Part shown: piece by piece, positions 45,157 through 54,815 of the stretch
How positions within the stretch are numbered: the stretch's first letter is position 1
How the letters are laid out: every line of letters starts with the position of its first letter
Source of the DNA: Candidatus Lutacidiplasma silvani
GTDB lineage: Archaea > Thermoplasmatota > Thermoplasmata > Lutacidiplasmatales > UBA184
Length of the DNA stretch: 64,000 bases
Assembly: GCA_022750295.1 (NCBI GenBank)
Contig: JAKIVZ010000002.1
Span: forward strand, 80,989-144,988
Direction of reading: 5' to 3'
Notes under the pieces: generated by a model
What the model was told of the DNA's origin: nothing
Seen by the model: the letters and a program-made list of their open reading frames with translations, nothing else
Database searches by the model: none
Made by a program: the position numbers and the translations under genes

Positions 45157-47358
45157 ATGACGCACGTCCGAGCCGAGCTGGCGGCCGCCATTCCCGGCAT
45201 GATGAAGAACCTCGACCAGATCCGGAACATTGGGATCGTCGCCCACATCCATCACGGGAAGACGACCCTCTCCGACAACCTCCTCGCCGCGGCGGGGATG
45301 ATCTCCAACGACCTCGCGGGCAAGCAGCTCTACCTCAACTTCGACGAGCAGGAGCAGGCGCGCCTGCTCACGATCAACAACGCGGACGTCACGATCGTCC
45401 ACGAGTACGAGAACCAGCGGTATCTGATCAACCTCATCGACACCCCCGGGCACGTCGATTTCGGCGGCGACGTCACGCGCGCGATGCGGGCGGTCGACGG
45501 CGCGGTCGTCGTCGTCTGCGCCGTCGAGGGGGTCATGGCCCAGACGGAGACGGTGCTCCGCCAGGCGCTCCGCGAGAAGGTCAAGCCGGTCCTCTTCATC
45601 AACAAGGTCGACCGCGCGATCAAGGAACTCAAACTGACCGCCGACTCGATGCAGAAGCGGTTCACGACCATCATCACCGAGGTCAACGAGCTCATCCGGC
45701 GGATGGCGCCCGACGAGTTCGTCGACGAGTGGTCGGTCGACCCGCGGGACGGCTCGGTCGCCTTCGGTTCGGGGTACGAGAACTGGGCGATCAGCATCCC
45801 CTACATGCTGAAGACCGGCGTGAAGTTCCCGGACATCTTCGACTTCGTCTCCACCGGCCGCTCCCGCGAGATCGCGCAGCGGGCCCGGATCAACGACGTC
45901 GTCTTCGACATGGTCGTCAAGCACTTGCCGGCCCCGAAGGTCGCGCAGCGCTACCGGATCCCCAACATCTGGCGTGGCGACCCGAAGTCGACCGTCGGGG
46001 TCGCGATGTCCGACACGAACGCCGAGGGCCCCACCACGTTCATGGTCACCGACATCACCATGGACCCGAACGCGGGCGAGATCGCCACGGGGCGCGTGTT
46101 CTCCGGTCGGCTCGTCAAGGGGATGGAGCTCAACGTCGTCGGGACGAAGATCAAGAACCGCGTCCAGCACGTTTCCCTGTTCATGGGCCCCGAGCGCCTC
46201 ATGGTCGAGGAGGTCCAGGCCGGCAACATCGCCGCCGTCATCGGCCTCACCGACGCGTTCGCCGGGACGACGATGTCGAACGCCCCCGACATGGTCGCGT
46301 TCGAGGAGATCCGTCACGTCTCCGAGCCGGTCGTCACCGTCGCCATCGAGCCGAAGCACATGGGGGACCTCCCGAAGCTGATCGAGACGATGCGGAAGGT
46401 CGGCAAGGAGGACGCGAGCCTCAAGGTCGAGATCAACCAGGAGACCGGCGAGCATCTCCTGTCGGGGATGGGCGAGCTCCACCTGGAGATCACCCAGTAC
46501 CGGATCATCAACGACTACAAGGTCGAGATCACCTCGTCAAAACCGATCGTCGTCTACCGGGAGACCGTCAAGGCCCCGGGGGGTCCGTTCGAGGGGAAGT
46601 CCCCGAACAAGCACAACAAGTTCTACTTCGAGGTCGAGGCGCTGCCGGCGGCGGTCGTCGACGCGATCCGCGAGGGCGAGATCCCGCAGGGGAAGTCGTT
46701 CAAGGACACGAAGACGCTCGTGACGAAGATGGAAGCGCTCGGCATCACGCGCGACGAGGGCCGGGGGATCGTCGCCGTCGACGGGACGAACATCCTGTTC
46801 GACGTCACGAAGGGGATCCAGAACCTCAACGAGACGATGGACCTCGTCGTCGACGCGTTCAAGGAGGCGATGAACCGAGGACCGCTCGCGAACGAGAAGG
46901 TCTACGGCCTGAAGGTCCGCCTCGTCGACGCGAAGCTCCACGAGGACTCGATCCACCGCGGTCCCGCGCAGACGATCCCCGCCGCCCGGTCGGGCGTGTA
47001 CGGCGCGATGTGCCTCGGCGGCCGGGTCCTCCTCGAGCCGCTCCAAAAGGTCACGGTCAACGTCCCGCAGGAGATCCTGAGCGGCGCGACGCGCGAACTC
47101 CAGCGCCGACGGGGCGAGATCCTCGACATGACGAACGTCGGCGACCTGCAGACGGTCGTCGCGAAGGTCCCGGTCGCCGAGATGTTCGGGTTCGCCTCGG
47201 ACATCCGGAGCGCGACCGCCGGGAAGGTCCTCTGGTCGACCGAGTCGCTCGGCTTCGAGGTCATCCCGACCGAGCTGCAGACGCCGGTCGTCTCCGAGAT
47301 TCGCCAGCGGCGCGGGCTCAAGCCCGAGCCGTACGACGCGGCGTACTACTCCGGCTGA
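45157..47358 (+). CDS. fusA: translation elongation factor 2
   Basis: GTPase G1-G4 motifs (AHIHHGKTTL, DTPGHVDF, NKVD); 733 aa, typical aEF-2. Confidence 0.95.
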   Translation: MTHVRAELAAAIPGMMKNLDQIRNIGIVAHIHHGKTTLSDNLLAAAGMISNDLAGKQLYLNFDEQEQARLLTINNADVTIVHEYENQRYLINLIDTPGHVDFGGDVTRAMRAVDGAVVVVCAVEGVMAQTETVLRQALREKVKPVLFINKVDRAIKELKLTADSMQKRFTTIITEVNELIRRMAPDEFVDEWSVDPRDGSVAFGSGYENWAISIPYMLKTGVKFPDIFDFVSTGRSREIAQRARINDVVFDMVVKHLPAPKVAQRYRIPNIWRGDPKSTVGVAMSDTNAEGPTTFMVTDITMDPNAGEIATGRVFSGRLVKGMELNVVGTKIKNRVQHVSLFMGPERLMVEEVQAGNIAAVIGLTDAFAGTTMSNAPDMVAFEEIRHVSEPVVTVAIEPKHMGDLPKLIETMRKVGKEDASLKVEINQETGEHLLSGMGELHLEITQYRIINDYKVEITSSKPIVVYRETVKAPGGPFEGKSPNKHNKFYFEVEALPAAVVDAIREGEIPQGKSFKDTKTLVTKMEALGITRDEGRGIVAVDGTNILFDVTKGIQNLNETMDLVVDAFKEAMNRGPLANEKVYGLKVRLVDAKLHEDSIHRGPAQTIPAARSGVYGAMCLGGRVLLEPLQKVTVNVPQEILSGATRELQRRRGEILDMTNVGDLQTVVAKVPVAEMFGFASDIRSATAGKVLWSTESLGFEVIPTELQTPVVSEIRQRRGLKPEPYDAAYYSG

Positions 47359-47460
47359 ACGTCGCTCCCGCGCCTTGCGGAAGCGCCCCGGGCCGGGACT
47401 CCCCCTCGAGGGGCGGATTCGCCCGAGCCGAAGATCGATCCGCCGACCGGTCCGGAGTGC

Positions 47461-48027
47461 CTACGCGCGCGGCGACCGGTCCAGCGTCCGCTGGCCCTTG
47501 GGCCGGGGCCCGTCCGACGACTTCGACTTGAGGGGCCAGGCCCCTTCCCGGTCGAGGAGCCAGCGCTTCCGCCAGAGTCCGAGCCCAAAACCGGTCAGGT
47601 CCCCGTCGTTGCCGACGACCCGGTGACAGGGAATGATGATCGGGGCCGGGTTCCGGTGCATCGCGCCCCCGACAGCCCGCGCCGCCCCAGAGTGGCCCGC
47701 GCGCTTCGCGAGCTCGCCGTAGGTCACGGTTTCGCCGGCGGGGACCCGGAACAGCTGCCGCCAGACCGCGCGGTCGAACTCCGAACCGGTCAGCGGGGAG
47801 GCATCGACGTCGAACGTGACCCGGTCCCCGCGGAAGTACTCCGCGAGCTGCGACGGCGGGGACCCCTTTTGGAACGGCGCCTTCCGCTGATGAGCCCCGT
47901 CGGGGATCCCGGTCTGGCTCGTCCCGCGCTCGAGAAGGTCCACGATGTGGACTTTATCGCCCTCGTAGACGACCCGGAACGTGCCGATGGGGGTTGGGAC
48001 CTCGGCGAACTCGACCTGGGCCTCCAT
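47461..48027 (-). CDS. ogt: methylated-DNA-protein-cysteine methyltransferase
   Basis: IPCHRVV active-site motif. Start assigned to the internal ATG (MEAQVEF). Confidence 0.8.
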   Translation of the reverse strand: MEAQVEFAEVPTPIGTFRVVYEGDKVHIVDLLERGTSQTGIPDGAHQRKAPFQKGSPPSQLAEYFRGDRVTFDVDASPLTGSEFDRAVWRQLFRVPAGETVTYGELAKRAGHSGAARAVGGAMHRNPAPIIIPCHRVVGNDGDLTGFGLGLWRKRWLLDREGAWPLKSKSSDGPRPKGQRTLDRSPRA

Positions 48028-48253
48028 GGAGGGGGCGACGACAACCCGGGATATCTCCGTTCGCCCGCGACTCGCGATTCCCGGCAGACCCGCCGCGCGA
48101 ACGCCGGCGGGCCCCGCGGGCCGGCCGTGGTCGGCGGCGTCCCCGACGGCGATTTCTCCATGACCGCCGGCGTTGAGCGCCGGGGGACCGAGACGATTCC
48201 GTCCGTTTAAGGTGAGTTTACCGCCATTCATTTTCCTACCTTAATTCACGAGT

Positions 48254-48682
48254 ATGCGGCCACGGCACGACGAGCATTGCTATCGGTGCGGCTACGTTTG
48301 GACGCCTCGCCGATCCCGGATCCGAATCTGCGCCCGAGGCAAGTCTCCGTACTTCTGGCTCCCGAAAATTCGGGTCCCGACGCGGGGCTCCGGCCTCGGG
48401 ATTGAGGACGCGATCGGTCCGAAACGGAAGGTGGTCCTTCGGCTGGCTCGCCGGTATGGGGCGACGAACGTACGGGTGTTCGGGTCGGTCGCCCGACATG
48501 GAGCCTCGCACGACAGCGACATCGACCTCCTCGTCGACCCGATCCGAGAGGAATCGTATCGGCCGATCGACCTCGCCCTCTCCTTGACGGCGGCGCTGGG
48601 GCGGAGGGTCGATCTCGTCCGGGAACGGTCGCTCGTCTGGCTCGTCCAACCCCAAGTCGTCGCCGAGGCCGTGCCGCTGTGA
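48254..48682 (+). CDS. minimal nucleotidyltransferase (MNT antitoxin-type) with an N-terminal Cys-containing extension
   Basis: GSVARHGASHDSDIDLLVD nucleotidyltransferase motif (GS...D.D). The N-terminal HCYRCGYVW...RICARG may be a zinc ribbon. Confidence 0.6.
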   Translation: MRPRHDEHCYRCGYVWTPRRSRIRICARGKSPYFWLPKIRVPTRGSGLGIEDAIGPKRKVVLRLARRYGATNVRVFGSVARHGASHDSDIDLLVDPIREESYRPIDLALSLTAALGRRVDLVRERSLVWLVQPQVVAEAVPL

Positions 48683-49065
48683 GGACAGCCGCCGACTCTC
48701 CGGTCACGAACCGGACGTTCGTTGCCCTCGGGATCGAGCACCTCGAGGCCGCGGTCCGCTACGGGCAGCTCGGAAAGCGGGCGTTCTTCGCCGACAAGAG
48801 TCCGATCGTATTCGTCGCGGTCGAGAGCGAGCTCCGAAAGGCGTACGAGTCGCTGAACAAACTTGGGCCAACGGCTCGTCGGGCCCACCCCACACTTCCG
48901 TTCGACCGGATGGCGGAGATCCGCCGGGTCCTGACCCACGACTACGCGGGGGTCGACCGTGAAGACGTGCAGAAGATGGTCACCCAAGAAGCGCCCTCGT
49001 TGCTCCGCCAACTCTCGAAGTTGAAGCTCCCCAAGGAGGGAGCCACGGCGCCGACGACCCCCTAG
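48679..49065 (+). CDS. HEPN-domain (DUF86/HepT-like) RNase toxin
   Basis: R-x4-H-x-Y motif (RRVLTHDY); overlaps the MNT stop (ATGA). Confidence 0.6.
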   Translation: MRTAADSPVTNRTFVALGIEHLEAAVRYGQLGKRAFFADKSPIVFVAVESELRKAYESLNKLGPTARRAHPTLPFDRMAEIRRVLTHDYAGVDREDVQKMVTQEAPSLLRQLSKLKLPKEGATAPTTP

Positions 49066-49099
49066 TCCGCGCGGACTTCGGCCGCCTCGGCGTGTCCCG

Positions 49100-49774
49100 C
49101 TACGAGAGCCCGGTGGACGTGATCCGGAACTCGGCGGACGCCTCGCCGAGAGACCGGTGCTTGACGAGGACCGCCCGCCGGCGGGCGCCGCCCAGTCGAT
49201 CGATCCGCACGACCGTTTTCGCGGCGTGGTTGACGAACGAGCCGCCGAGCGGCTCGAGGTCGCCCGTGCGCTGGTTCCGCCACACCTGATTGGTGAATAG
49301 GACCGGGAGATGGGACGCGATCGCCGTCGCGACGAGCTCGGCCAGCTCCCGGCCCAGCGCCTGGCGGCCGGCGTCCTCCTCATCGCTCGAGAGCGTGAGC
49401 CGGTAGTAGAACGTCGCCGAATCCAGGACGATCAGGCCGACGGGGCGCTTCCCGTCGCGGGCCAGCGAGCACGCGGCGCTGACCGCCGACGTCTGTTCGG
49501 CGAGGCTCTTCGGGGTCGCGAGGAGGAGTCGCTGGAGGACCTGCTCGACGTGGCCGTGGGCGATCGCCTCGAGGCGGTCGACGCTCACCCCCTCGGTGTC
49601 GATGTAGCAGACCCACCGGTCGGCGAGGGCGAGCCGGGTCGCGGCCTCCAGGCAGACGAGGGTCTTCCCCGAACCCCCCTCCCCGTAGAGCTCGGTGAGC
49701 CCGTCGGTCTCGAGCCCCCCGCCCAGGAGCTGGTCGAGGGGGCCGACGCCGGTCGGGCAGCGGTCGGCCGGCAT
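49100..49774 (-). CDS. radB: DNA repair and recombination protein RadB (RecA-superfamily ATPase)
   Basis: Walker A GEGGSGKT; about 224 aa RadB architecture. Confidence 0.8.
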   Translation of the reverse strand: MPADRCPTGVGPLDQLLGGGLETDGLTELYGEGGSGKTLVCLEAATRLALADRWVCYIDTEGVSVDRLEAIAHGHVEQVLQRLLLATPKSLAEQTSAVSAACSLARDGKRPVGLIVLDSATFYYRLTLSSDEEDAGRQALGRELAELVATAIASHLPVLFTNQVWRNQRTGDLEPLGGSFVNHAAKTVVRIDRLGGARRRAVLVKHRSLGEASAEFRITSTGLS

Positions 49775-49825
49775 CCGAGCGGGACGTCCGTCGACGGCTA
49801 AAAGCGAACGGGCGCCGGCGGACGG

Positions 49826-51166
49826 TCAACCGATGGGGTACGACGTCCCGAGCTCGGGAGACTCGGTCCGCTTCGCCCAGCCGACGAACGCCTCGGGATG
49901 CTCGGTGTGCACGGGGAACACGGTCCCGGGAGCGACCTCGTGGACGATCTGTTCGAGCTCCGGCCCGGAGGCGTGCCCGGACGCGTGGTACTGGTGGAGG
50001 GAGAGCCCGAAATGGTCGAGCCAGCTGTGGAGCATTTGGTCGTTGAGGTCGTCCTCGCTGAACGGCTCGGACATCGAACGGATGAACGGGCTCCCGGGGA
50101 CCGGTCGCAGGTCGATGAGCTCGGCGAAGTGGCTCATCTCGAGGGAGAGGAGGAGCTCCTTCGCGTGGGTGCGGACCCACGGCGCGTCGACCGCCGCCTC
50201 GAGGAACGGCCGCTCCCAGGGAAAGTACCGGGACTTGGGCCGTCGGTACACGTGGAGAGTGTCGGTCTCGCCGGGGACCGGGATGGGGATCGTGGGGAAC
50301 GTGGCGTGCGTCGCGCTCAGGAGGTACGCCGTCCGGAGCGAGACGACGAGGGAGCGTCCCGCGGCGACCGCCGCCGCGTGAAGGGTGGCGAACCGGTCGA
50401 GGTCCCTCGGGTAGCAGCTGACGAGCGCGAGCCGGTCGGTCGTCCCGAGGAGCGAATCGACGCCGGACCGGACCCCCTCCTCCGAGAACTGCCGGCGGGG
50501 GTCCGGCCCGGCGCGCGTTCCTTCCGTGATGAGGGCGACCGGGTGCTCGGCGGCCGCGGCGGCGACGAACGCCCGGGTCTCCGCGGCCCGCGGGCCATGC
50601 TGGCGAAAGTCGCCGGTGTAAACGACCGTCCCTTCCGACGTCCGGATGAGGAATCCGCTCGCGCCGGGGATCGAATGGTCGACGGGGAGCGGGACGACCT
50701 CGATCCGCCCGATCTTCACCGGGGTCCCGTACGCCATCGTCCGCCAATCGTGCTCGCCGTACCGGGTGAACGTGCTCGCTTCGATCGCCTCGAGGAGCGA
50801 GCGGGTCCCCTCGCTCGCGTAGACGGGGATCCGGGGGTCGACGAGGTTCAGGTGCCCCGCGTGGTCCATGTGGGCGTGGCTGACGAAGACCCCCTGAAAC
50901 TCGGGGTCGGAGGGTCGGAGGTCCGAGCCGGCGAGCGCCTCCTCCGAGTAGAGGCCGTCGACCCGGGGGAGAAGCCCGAACTCGAGCCGGTCCTTGACTG
51001 GGGAGCTGGGGCGGGGCTGAAGGTACTGCCCCCAGTACTGTTCCCAGACCGGGGAGAACGACGGACCGAAGTCGATGAGGATCCGGTCCGGGCCGTCCTC
51101 GATGACGACCTTGTTCCCGCCGATCTCGCGGACTCCGCCGAGGAATCGTACCGTCGGGCGCCCCAT
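49826..51166 (-). CDS. metallo-beta-lactamase/beta-CASP ribonuclease (archaeal RNase J-like)
   Basis: HAHMDHAG motif and beta-CASP region; 446 aa. Confidence 0.75.
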   Translation of the reverse strand: MGRPTVRFLGGVREIGGNKVVIEDGPDRILIDFGPSFSPVWEQYWGQYLQPRPSSPVKDRLEFGLLPRVDGLYSEEALAGSDLRPSDPEFQGVFVSHAHMDHAGHLNLVDPRIPVYASEGTRSLLEAIEASTFTRYGEHDWRTMAYGTPVKIGRIEVVPLPVDHSIPGASGFLIRTSEGTVVYTGDFRQHGPRAAETRAFVAAAAAEHPVALITEGTRAGPDPRRQFSEEGVRSGVDSLLGTTDRLALVSCYPRDLDRFATLHAAAVAAGRSLVVSLRTAYLLSATHATFPTIPIPVPGETDTLHVYRRPKSRYFPWERPFLEAAVDAPWVRTHAKELLLSLEMSHFAELIDLRPVPGSPFIRSMSEPFSEDDLNDQMLHSWLDHFGLSLHQYHASGHASGPELEQIVHEVAPGTVFPVHTEHPEAFVGWAKRTESPELGTSYPIG

Positions 51167-51214
51167 CGGCCTCCGAGACCGCCGGGGCGGATGACGGTTG
51201 GTCCGGGTGCGGGC

Positions 51215-51349
51215 CCTAGCGGGCCTTCAGGACCTTCTTCACGTTCGGATGCTCCTTCGTGAAGATCTTCCCGCCGCAATTGTCGCAGCGGACGCCGAAG
51301 AGGTTCGAGTCGCTCGGGAGCGCCTCCCCGCAGCGGATGCACCGGAACA
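51215..51349 (-). CDS. rpoP: DNA-directed RNA polymerase subunit P (Rpb12/RPABC4 homologue), 44 aa
   Basis: Hand translation gives MFRCIRCGEALPSDSNLFGVRCDNCGGKIFTKEHPNVKKVLKAR*, a C4 zinc ribbon. Too short for the ORF track. Confidence 0.75.
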
Positions 51350-51374
51350 TATCGACGTCCTCGGGCCGACTCGA

Positions 51375-51656
51375 TTAAGCGTTTGCGGTCGCCGTCGCGG
51401 TGGCCGCGTCCTTCTCCGACCGGGTGATCGGGGGGGCGGGCGTGAACAGGTACGCCCCGCTCGCGAATTTGACGCCGCAGCGCCGGCACTGGAAGACGCC
51501 GCTCGCGACCCTTCGGACCGTCACCGTCGCGCACTTCGGGCAGGCGGCGGCGAGCTCGCGGGCCCGGTCGATCTCGAGGACCCGGCGGCGGATCCGGATC
51601 CCGTAGCGGGCTCCCATCCAGCCGGTGTTGCCGACCTTCTTCGTGCGCTTGCTCAT
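51375..51656 (-). CDS. rpl37ae: 50S ribosomal protein L37Ae (eL43)
   Basis: KVGNTGWMGARYG plus a C-x2-C...C-x2-C zinc ribbon. Confidence 0.85.
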   Translation of the reverse strand: MSKRTKKVGNTGWMGARYGIRIRRRVLEIDRARELAAACPKCATVTVRRVASGVFQCRRCGVKFASGAYLFTPAPPITRSEKDAATATATANA

Positions 51657-51662
51657 GGGTCC

Positions 51663-52445
51663 CTACGCTCCCGCGGCCAGCTTCCGCATCCGGTCGCCGT
51701 GCTGGAACGCCCGCTCCGCGAGGGATTTGACGTCTTCGGGGGAGAAGGCGCCGATCAGCCCCTTCTGCATGGCGACGACGTTGGCGAGCTCGTCGGTCGC
51801 GATCGTGAGACGGCCCTGGCAGGCGAGCTCCTCATCGAACGACGGGTCGACGACGATCGCGTCCCCGAGCCGGACGAACGTCGTCTCGACCGGTTGGTGC
51901 TGGAGCGCGAGCGGGGAGTCCGACTCCGCGATCCCGAACCGCTTCGCCGGCAGGGTCGCGTGGGCCAGCGCCGTCAGCGCGGCGAGCGACCCGGCGTCGA
52001 TCAGGTTGCCGGAGTGGTCGATGACGTGGACGTCGACGTAGCAGACCCAGGTCTTCTCCCCCGGGGTAACGCAGAGCTTCGTGAGGTCGATCGCCTCGGC
52101 CGCGCGGATCGCCCGGTCGATGACGCGCGACACCTCGATCGCCCGCGGGTGCGGGGGACCGGGCTCGAACGACGGGTTGGAGAGCGGCACGAGCTCGGCG
52201 TTGGTCGTGAGGACCCCCGCGTTCGGGGTGTCCGGGAACGGCTTTCCGGGCTCGAGCTTGACGCCCGCGACGACCGCGGTCGCGCCGATCCGGACGAGGG
52301 CCGAGCCGTCCGCGGAAGCGACGAACCCGGGCTCGACCGTGACCTTCCGGTACTCGTCGAGTCCCCGGCCATCGAGGCGCCGCCCCTGGCGGGCGAGGTC
52401 GAGGACGTGGGTGCCGAGGATCTCGGCGGTGACTTCGTTGCTCAT
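51663..52445 (-). CDS. rrp42: exosome complex component Rrp42
   Basis: RNase PH-like fold without the catalytic GxxDGR motif; length and position follow rrp41. Confidence 0.85.
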   Translation of the reverse strand: MSNEVTAEILGTHVLDLARQGRRLDGRGLDEYRKVTVEPGFVASADGSALVRIGATAVVAGVKLEPGKPFPDTPNAGVLTTNAELVPLSNPSFEPGPPHPRAIEVSRVIDRAIRAAEAIDLTKLCVTPGEKTWVCYVDVHVIDHSGNLIDAGSLAALTALAHATLPAKRFGIAESDSPLALQHQPVETTFVRLGDAIVVDPSFDEELACQGRLTIATDELANVVAMQKGLIGAFSPEDVKSLAERAFQHGDRMRKLAAGA

Positions 52446-53197
52446 TGGGCCGCTCCTTCGGACGGGCCGCCCAACTGGTAGCGGTCGCGGAGCGCCTGCT
52501 TCATCTTCTCGTAGATCGCGCGGCAGCCGACGACGCCCAGGTCGAGCGATTCGGAGAGCTCCGGACCGGTCATGTGCCCCTCCATCTGGAGGAGGACGAG
52601 CCGGCCGGACTGGGGGACGAGCGCCATCGGGAGATCGGCCTCGCCGAAGTTGTCCTCTTCCTTCTTGAGGTCGAGGGCGATCTTGCCGGCGACTTTCCCG
52701 ACCGCGACGGCCGGGAGGAGGTCGACCATCGGGATCCCGGCATCGGCGAGCGCCACCGAGGCGGCGACGACCCCCGCGCAGCGGGTCCCGGCGTTCGCTT
52801 GCAGGACCTCGATGTAGATGTCGATGCTCGTGCGGGGGAACTCCTCGACGAAGATCACCGACTCGAACGCCTCGGCGATCACCTTGCTGATCTCCTGGGA
52901 CCGGCGGTCGAGGCCGGGGCGTTTCCGCTCATCGACGGAGAACGCCGCCATGTTGTACTTGCACTGGACGATCGCCTTGTTGTTCTGCTGCAGGTGGCGG
53001 GGATGGACCTCGCGCGGGCCGTAGACGGCCGCCATCACCTTGTTCGCTCCCCACTCCACGAACGCGGACCCGTCGGCCTGGTGCAACGCCCCGGCCACGA
53101 TCCGCATCGACCGCAATTCGTCGAGTTTCCGTCCGTCGATCCGCTTGCCGTCCGGGCTCAGCAGGACCGGGACCTCCTTCGCTCCTACGCTTCCCAT
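52442..53197 (-). CDS. rrp41: exosome complex exonuclease Rrp41
   Basis: RNase PH-like domain with IDGRKLDELR / DGR motif. Confidence 0.9.
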   Translation of the reverse strand: MGSVGAKEVPVLLSPDGKRIDGRKLDELRSMRIVAGALHQADGSAFVEWGANKVMAAVYGPREVHPRHLQQNNKAIVQCKYNMAAFSVDERKRPGLDRRSQEISKVIAEAFESVIFVEEFPRTSIDIYIEVLQANAGTRCAGVVAASVALADAGIPMVDLLPAVAVGKVAGKIALDLKKEEDNFGEADLPMALVPQSGRLVLLQMEGHMTGPELSESLDLGVVGCRAIYEKMKQALRDRYQLGGPSEGAAQ

Positions 53198-53224
53198 GGT
53201 ACTGTCTCCGTATGGAATGGAATC

Positions 53225-54058
53225 CTAGAATGGCGCCGGGCCGGCGTCGTCGTCCGGCTCGTCGCCGCCGTCGATCGGGCTCGGGGGCTCGAACGGGGGC
53301 CGCGTGGGGGTCGGCATCGGCGCGGCGTCCCCGGGCTGGCGCGTCGAACCGAGATAGCCGGCGACCCGGTCGGTCAGCCCCGAGCGCTGGCCCTCCTCCT
53401 CGATGAGCCGGAGCGCCTCGCGGACCCGTTGCATCCCTTCGGGGGTCCCGTCGACCCAAACCCGTCCGTTCTGGCCGACGGCGATCCGGCATCCGGTCTC
53501 GTTGGTGAGCATTTGGATCATGGAACCACTGCGGCCAATGACGCGGGGGACCTTCGCGGGCGACATGGTGACGACGGTCCCGCCGTCGACCTTCCCCAAG
53601 TCGTCGCCGAGCATCGTGACGCCGATCCGACCGGTCGGGTCGATGTTCTCGATCGCGACCACGACCGTGTCGCCCACGTGGAGGTACTGGCCGCACTCGC
53701 CGACCTCGATCTTCCACGGGGTTCCGGTCATGTGGAGCGGCGCCCACCGGGGCGCCCCGATGTCGAGGAGCCAGAATGTGGTCTGGACGTCGGTGACCGT
53801 CCCCACGACGATGTCCTGGGGCTTCGGAATATACCGGCCGGAGAGGGGGATGACCCGAACGACGGGGGGGCGGCGCGAGAGGAGGCCGAGGACCGACGCG
53901 TACGTGCGCCCATCGACGCGGTACGTACCCGGGCCCGGTTGGAGCCCGTGAACGTCGATCTCCTCCCCGGGGAGAACTAACGTGCGTTCCCCGTCCGATC
54001 GAGGGGGAACGCCTCCTGGGCCACGGCCACGGTGGCCGCGGCGATGTCCATGTCCCAT
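53225..54058 (-). CDS. rrp4: exosome RNA-binding subunit Rrp4 (S1 + KH)
   Basis: S1-like region followed by KH motif (VIGRSGSMIQ). The start may lie a few codons downstream of 54058. Confidence 0.8.
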   Translation of the reverse strand: MGHGHRRGHRGRGPGGVPPRSDGERTLVLPGEEIDVHGLQPGPGTYRVDGRTYASVLGLLSRRPPVVRVIPLSGRYIPKPQDIVVGTVTDVQTTFWLLDIGAPRWAPLHMTGTPWKIEVGECGQYLHVGDTVVVAIENIDPTGRIGVTMLGDDLGKVDGGTVVTMSPAKVPRVIGRSGSMIQMLTNETGCRIAVGQNGRVWVDGTPEGMQRVREALRLIEEEGQRSGLTDRVAGYLGSTRQPGDAAPMPTPTRPPFEPPSPIDGGDEPDDDAGPAPF

Positions 54059-54094
54059 TGCTGCTCGTGCACCGGGCCGCGCGACTTGGGCCGG

Positions 54095-54793
54095 TTATTT
54101 AACGAGCGCGGTCTCGGCGGCGCCCTTCGTGCGCGCGCTGAGCTTCTCGTAGAGTTCGGTCTGCACTCCGGCGGGGATTTCGATGACCGCGCTCCACGCT
54201 CCGTCCGGCAACCACTGCTCGTCCGCGAGCTTCCCGATCCCCTTCAGCTCCCCGATGACCCGGGGATAGTACTGGGCCGGGACCTTCACCCGGACCCGGA
54301 CCGTGTCGAGCCGGATCGGGAGGAGCGGCCGAAGCTTCGTGATGATCTCGGCGACCTGCTGGTCGGCGGGCCGGAACGGGTCGATGTGGATCTTCGCCTC
54401 CACCATCGCCGCCTCGATCCGGGCCGGCGGGTGCGGGGCCCCCGTCTGGGGATTCATCGCGTTCCGGGCGATCGTGGCAACGATCTGCTTGTGCTTCGCG
54501 GCCTGGAGCTCGTGGCGTTGGTCGGTGGTGACCTGGACCTCGCCGTTCAGGATGATCTGCCGGGCGATCTCGGCGAGGTCGCGGGTGTGGAACGTCTTCT
54601 CGAGATGTTCGGCCGAGATCTTGTCGCCCTTCTTCGCGTCCTTGAACACCTGGTCGAGAGCGAGCTTGTCGGAGAGGTCCACGGTCCGTCCGTCCTTGAG
54701 CGCCTGAACGGCGACCGGGTCGACGAGGACCTCGAAGCGGGATCCGCCCTTCTCCCAGCGCGCGACGACGGCGTCCTCGACCGCGACCATCAA
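54095..54793 (-). CDS. sdo1: ribosome maturation protein SBDS/Sdo1
   Basis: FEVLVDP N-terminal FYSH domain motif; 232 aa. Confidence 0.8.
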   Translation of the reverse strand: MMVAVEDAVVARWEKGGSRFEVLVDPVAVQALKDGRTVDLSDKLALDQVFKDAKKGDKISAEHLEKTFHTRDLAEIARQIILNGEVQVTTDQRHELQAAKHKQIVATIARNAMNPQTGAPHPPARIEAAMVEAKIHIDPFRPADQQVAEIITKLRPLLPIRLDTVRVRVKVPAQYYPRVIGELKGIGKLADEQWLPDGAWSAVIEIPAGVQTELYEKLSARTKGAAETALVK

Positions 54794-54815
54794 TGCCCTC
54801 GGCGGGGCGCGCCGC

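Noticed and set aside
47358-47461. Possible stem-loop/terminator between convergent fusA and ogt (GCGCCTTGCGGAAGCGCC)
   Set aside because: The repeat is direct rather than a clean inverted repeat, and there is no T-rich tract. The terminator call is not supportable.
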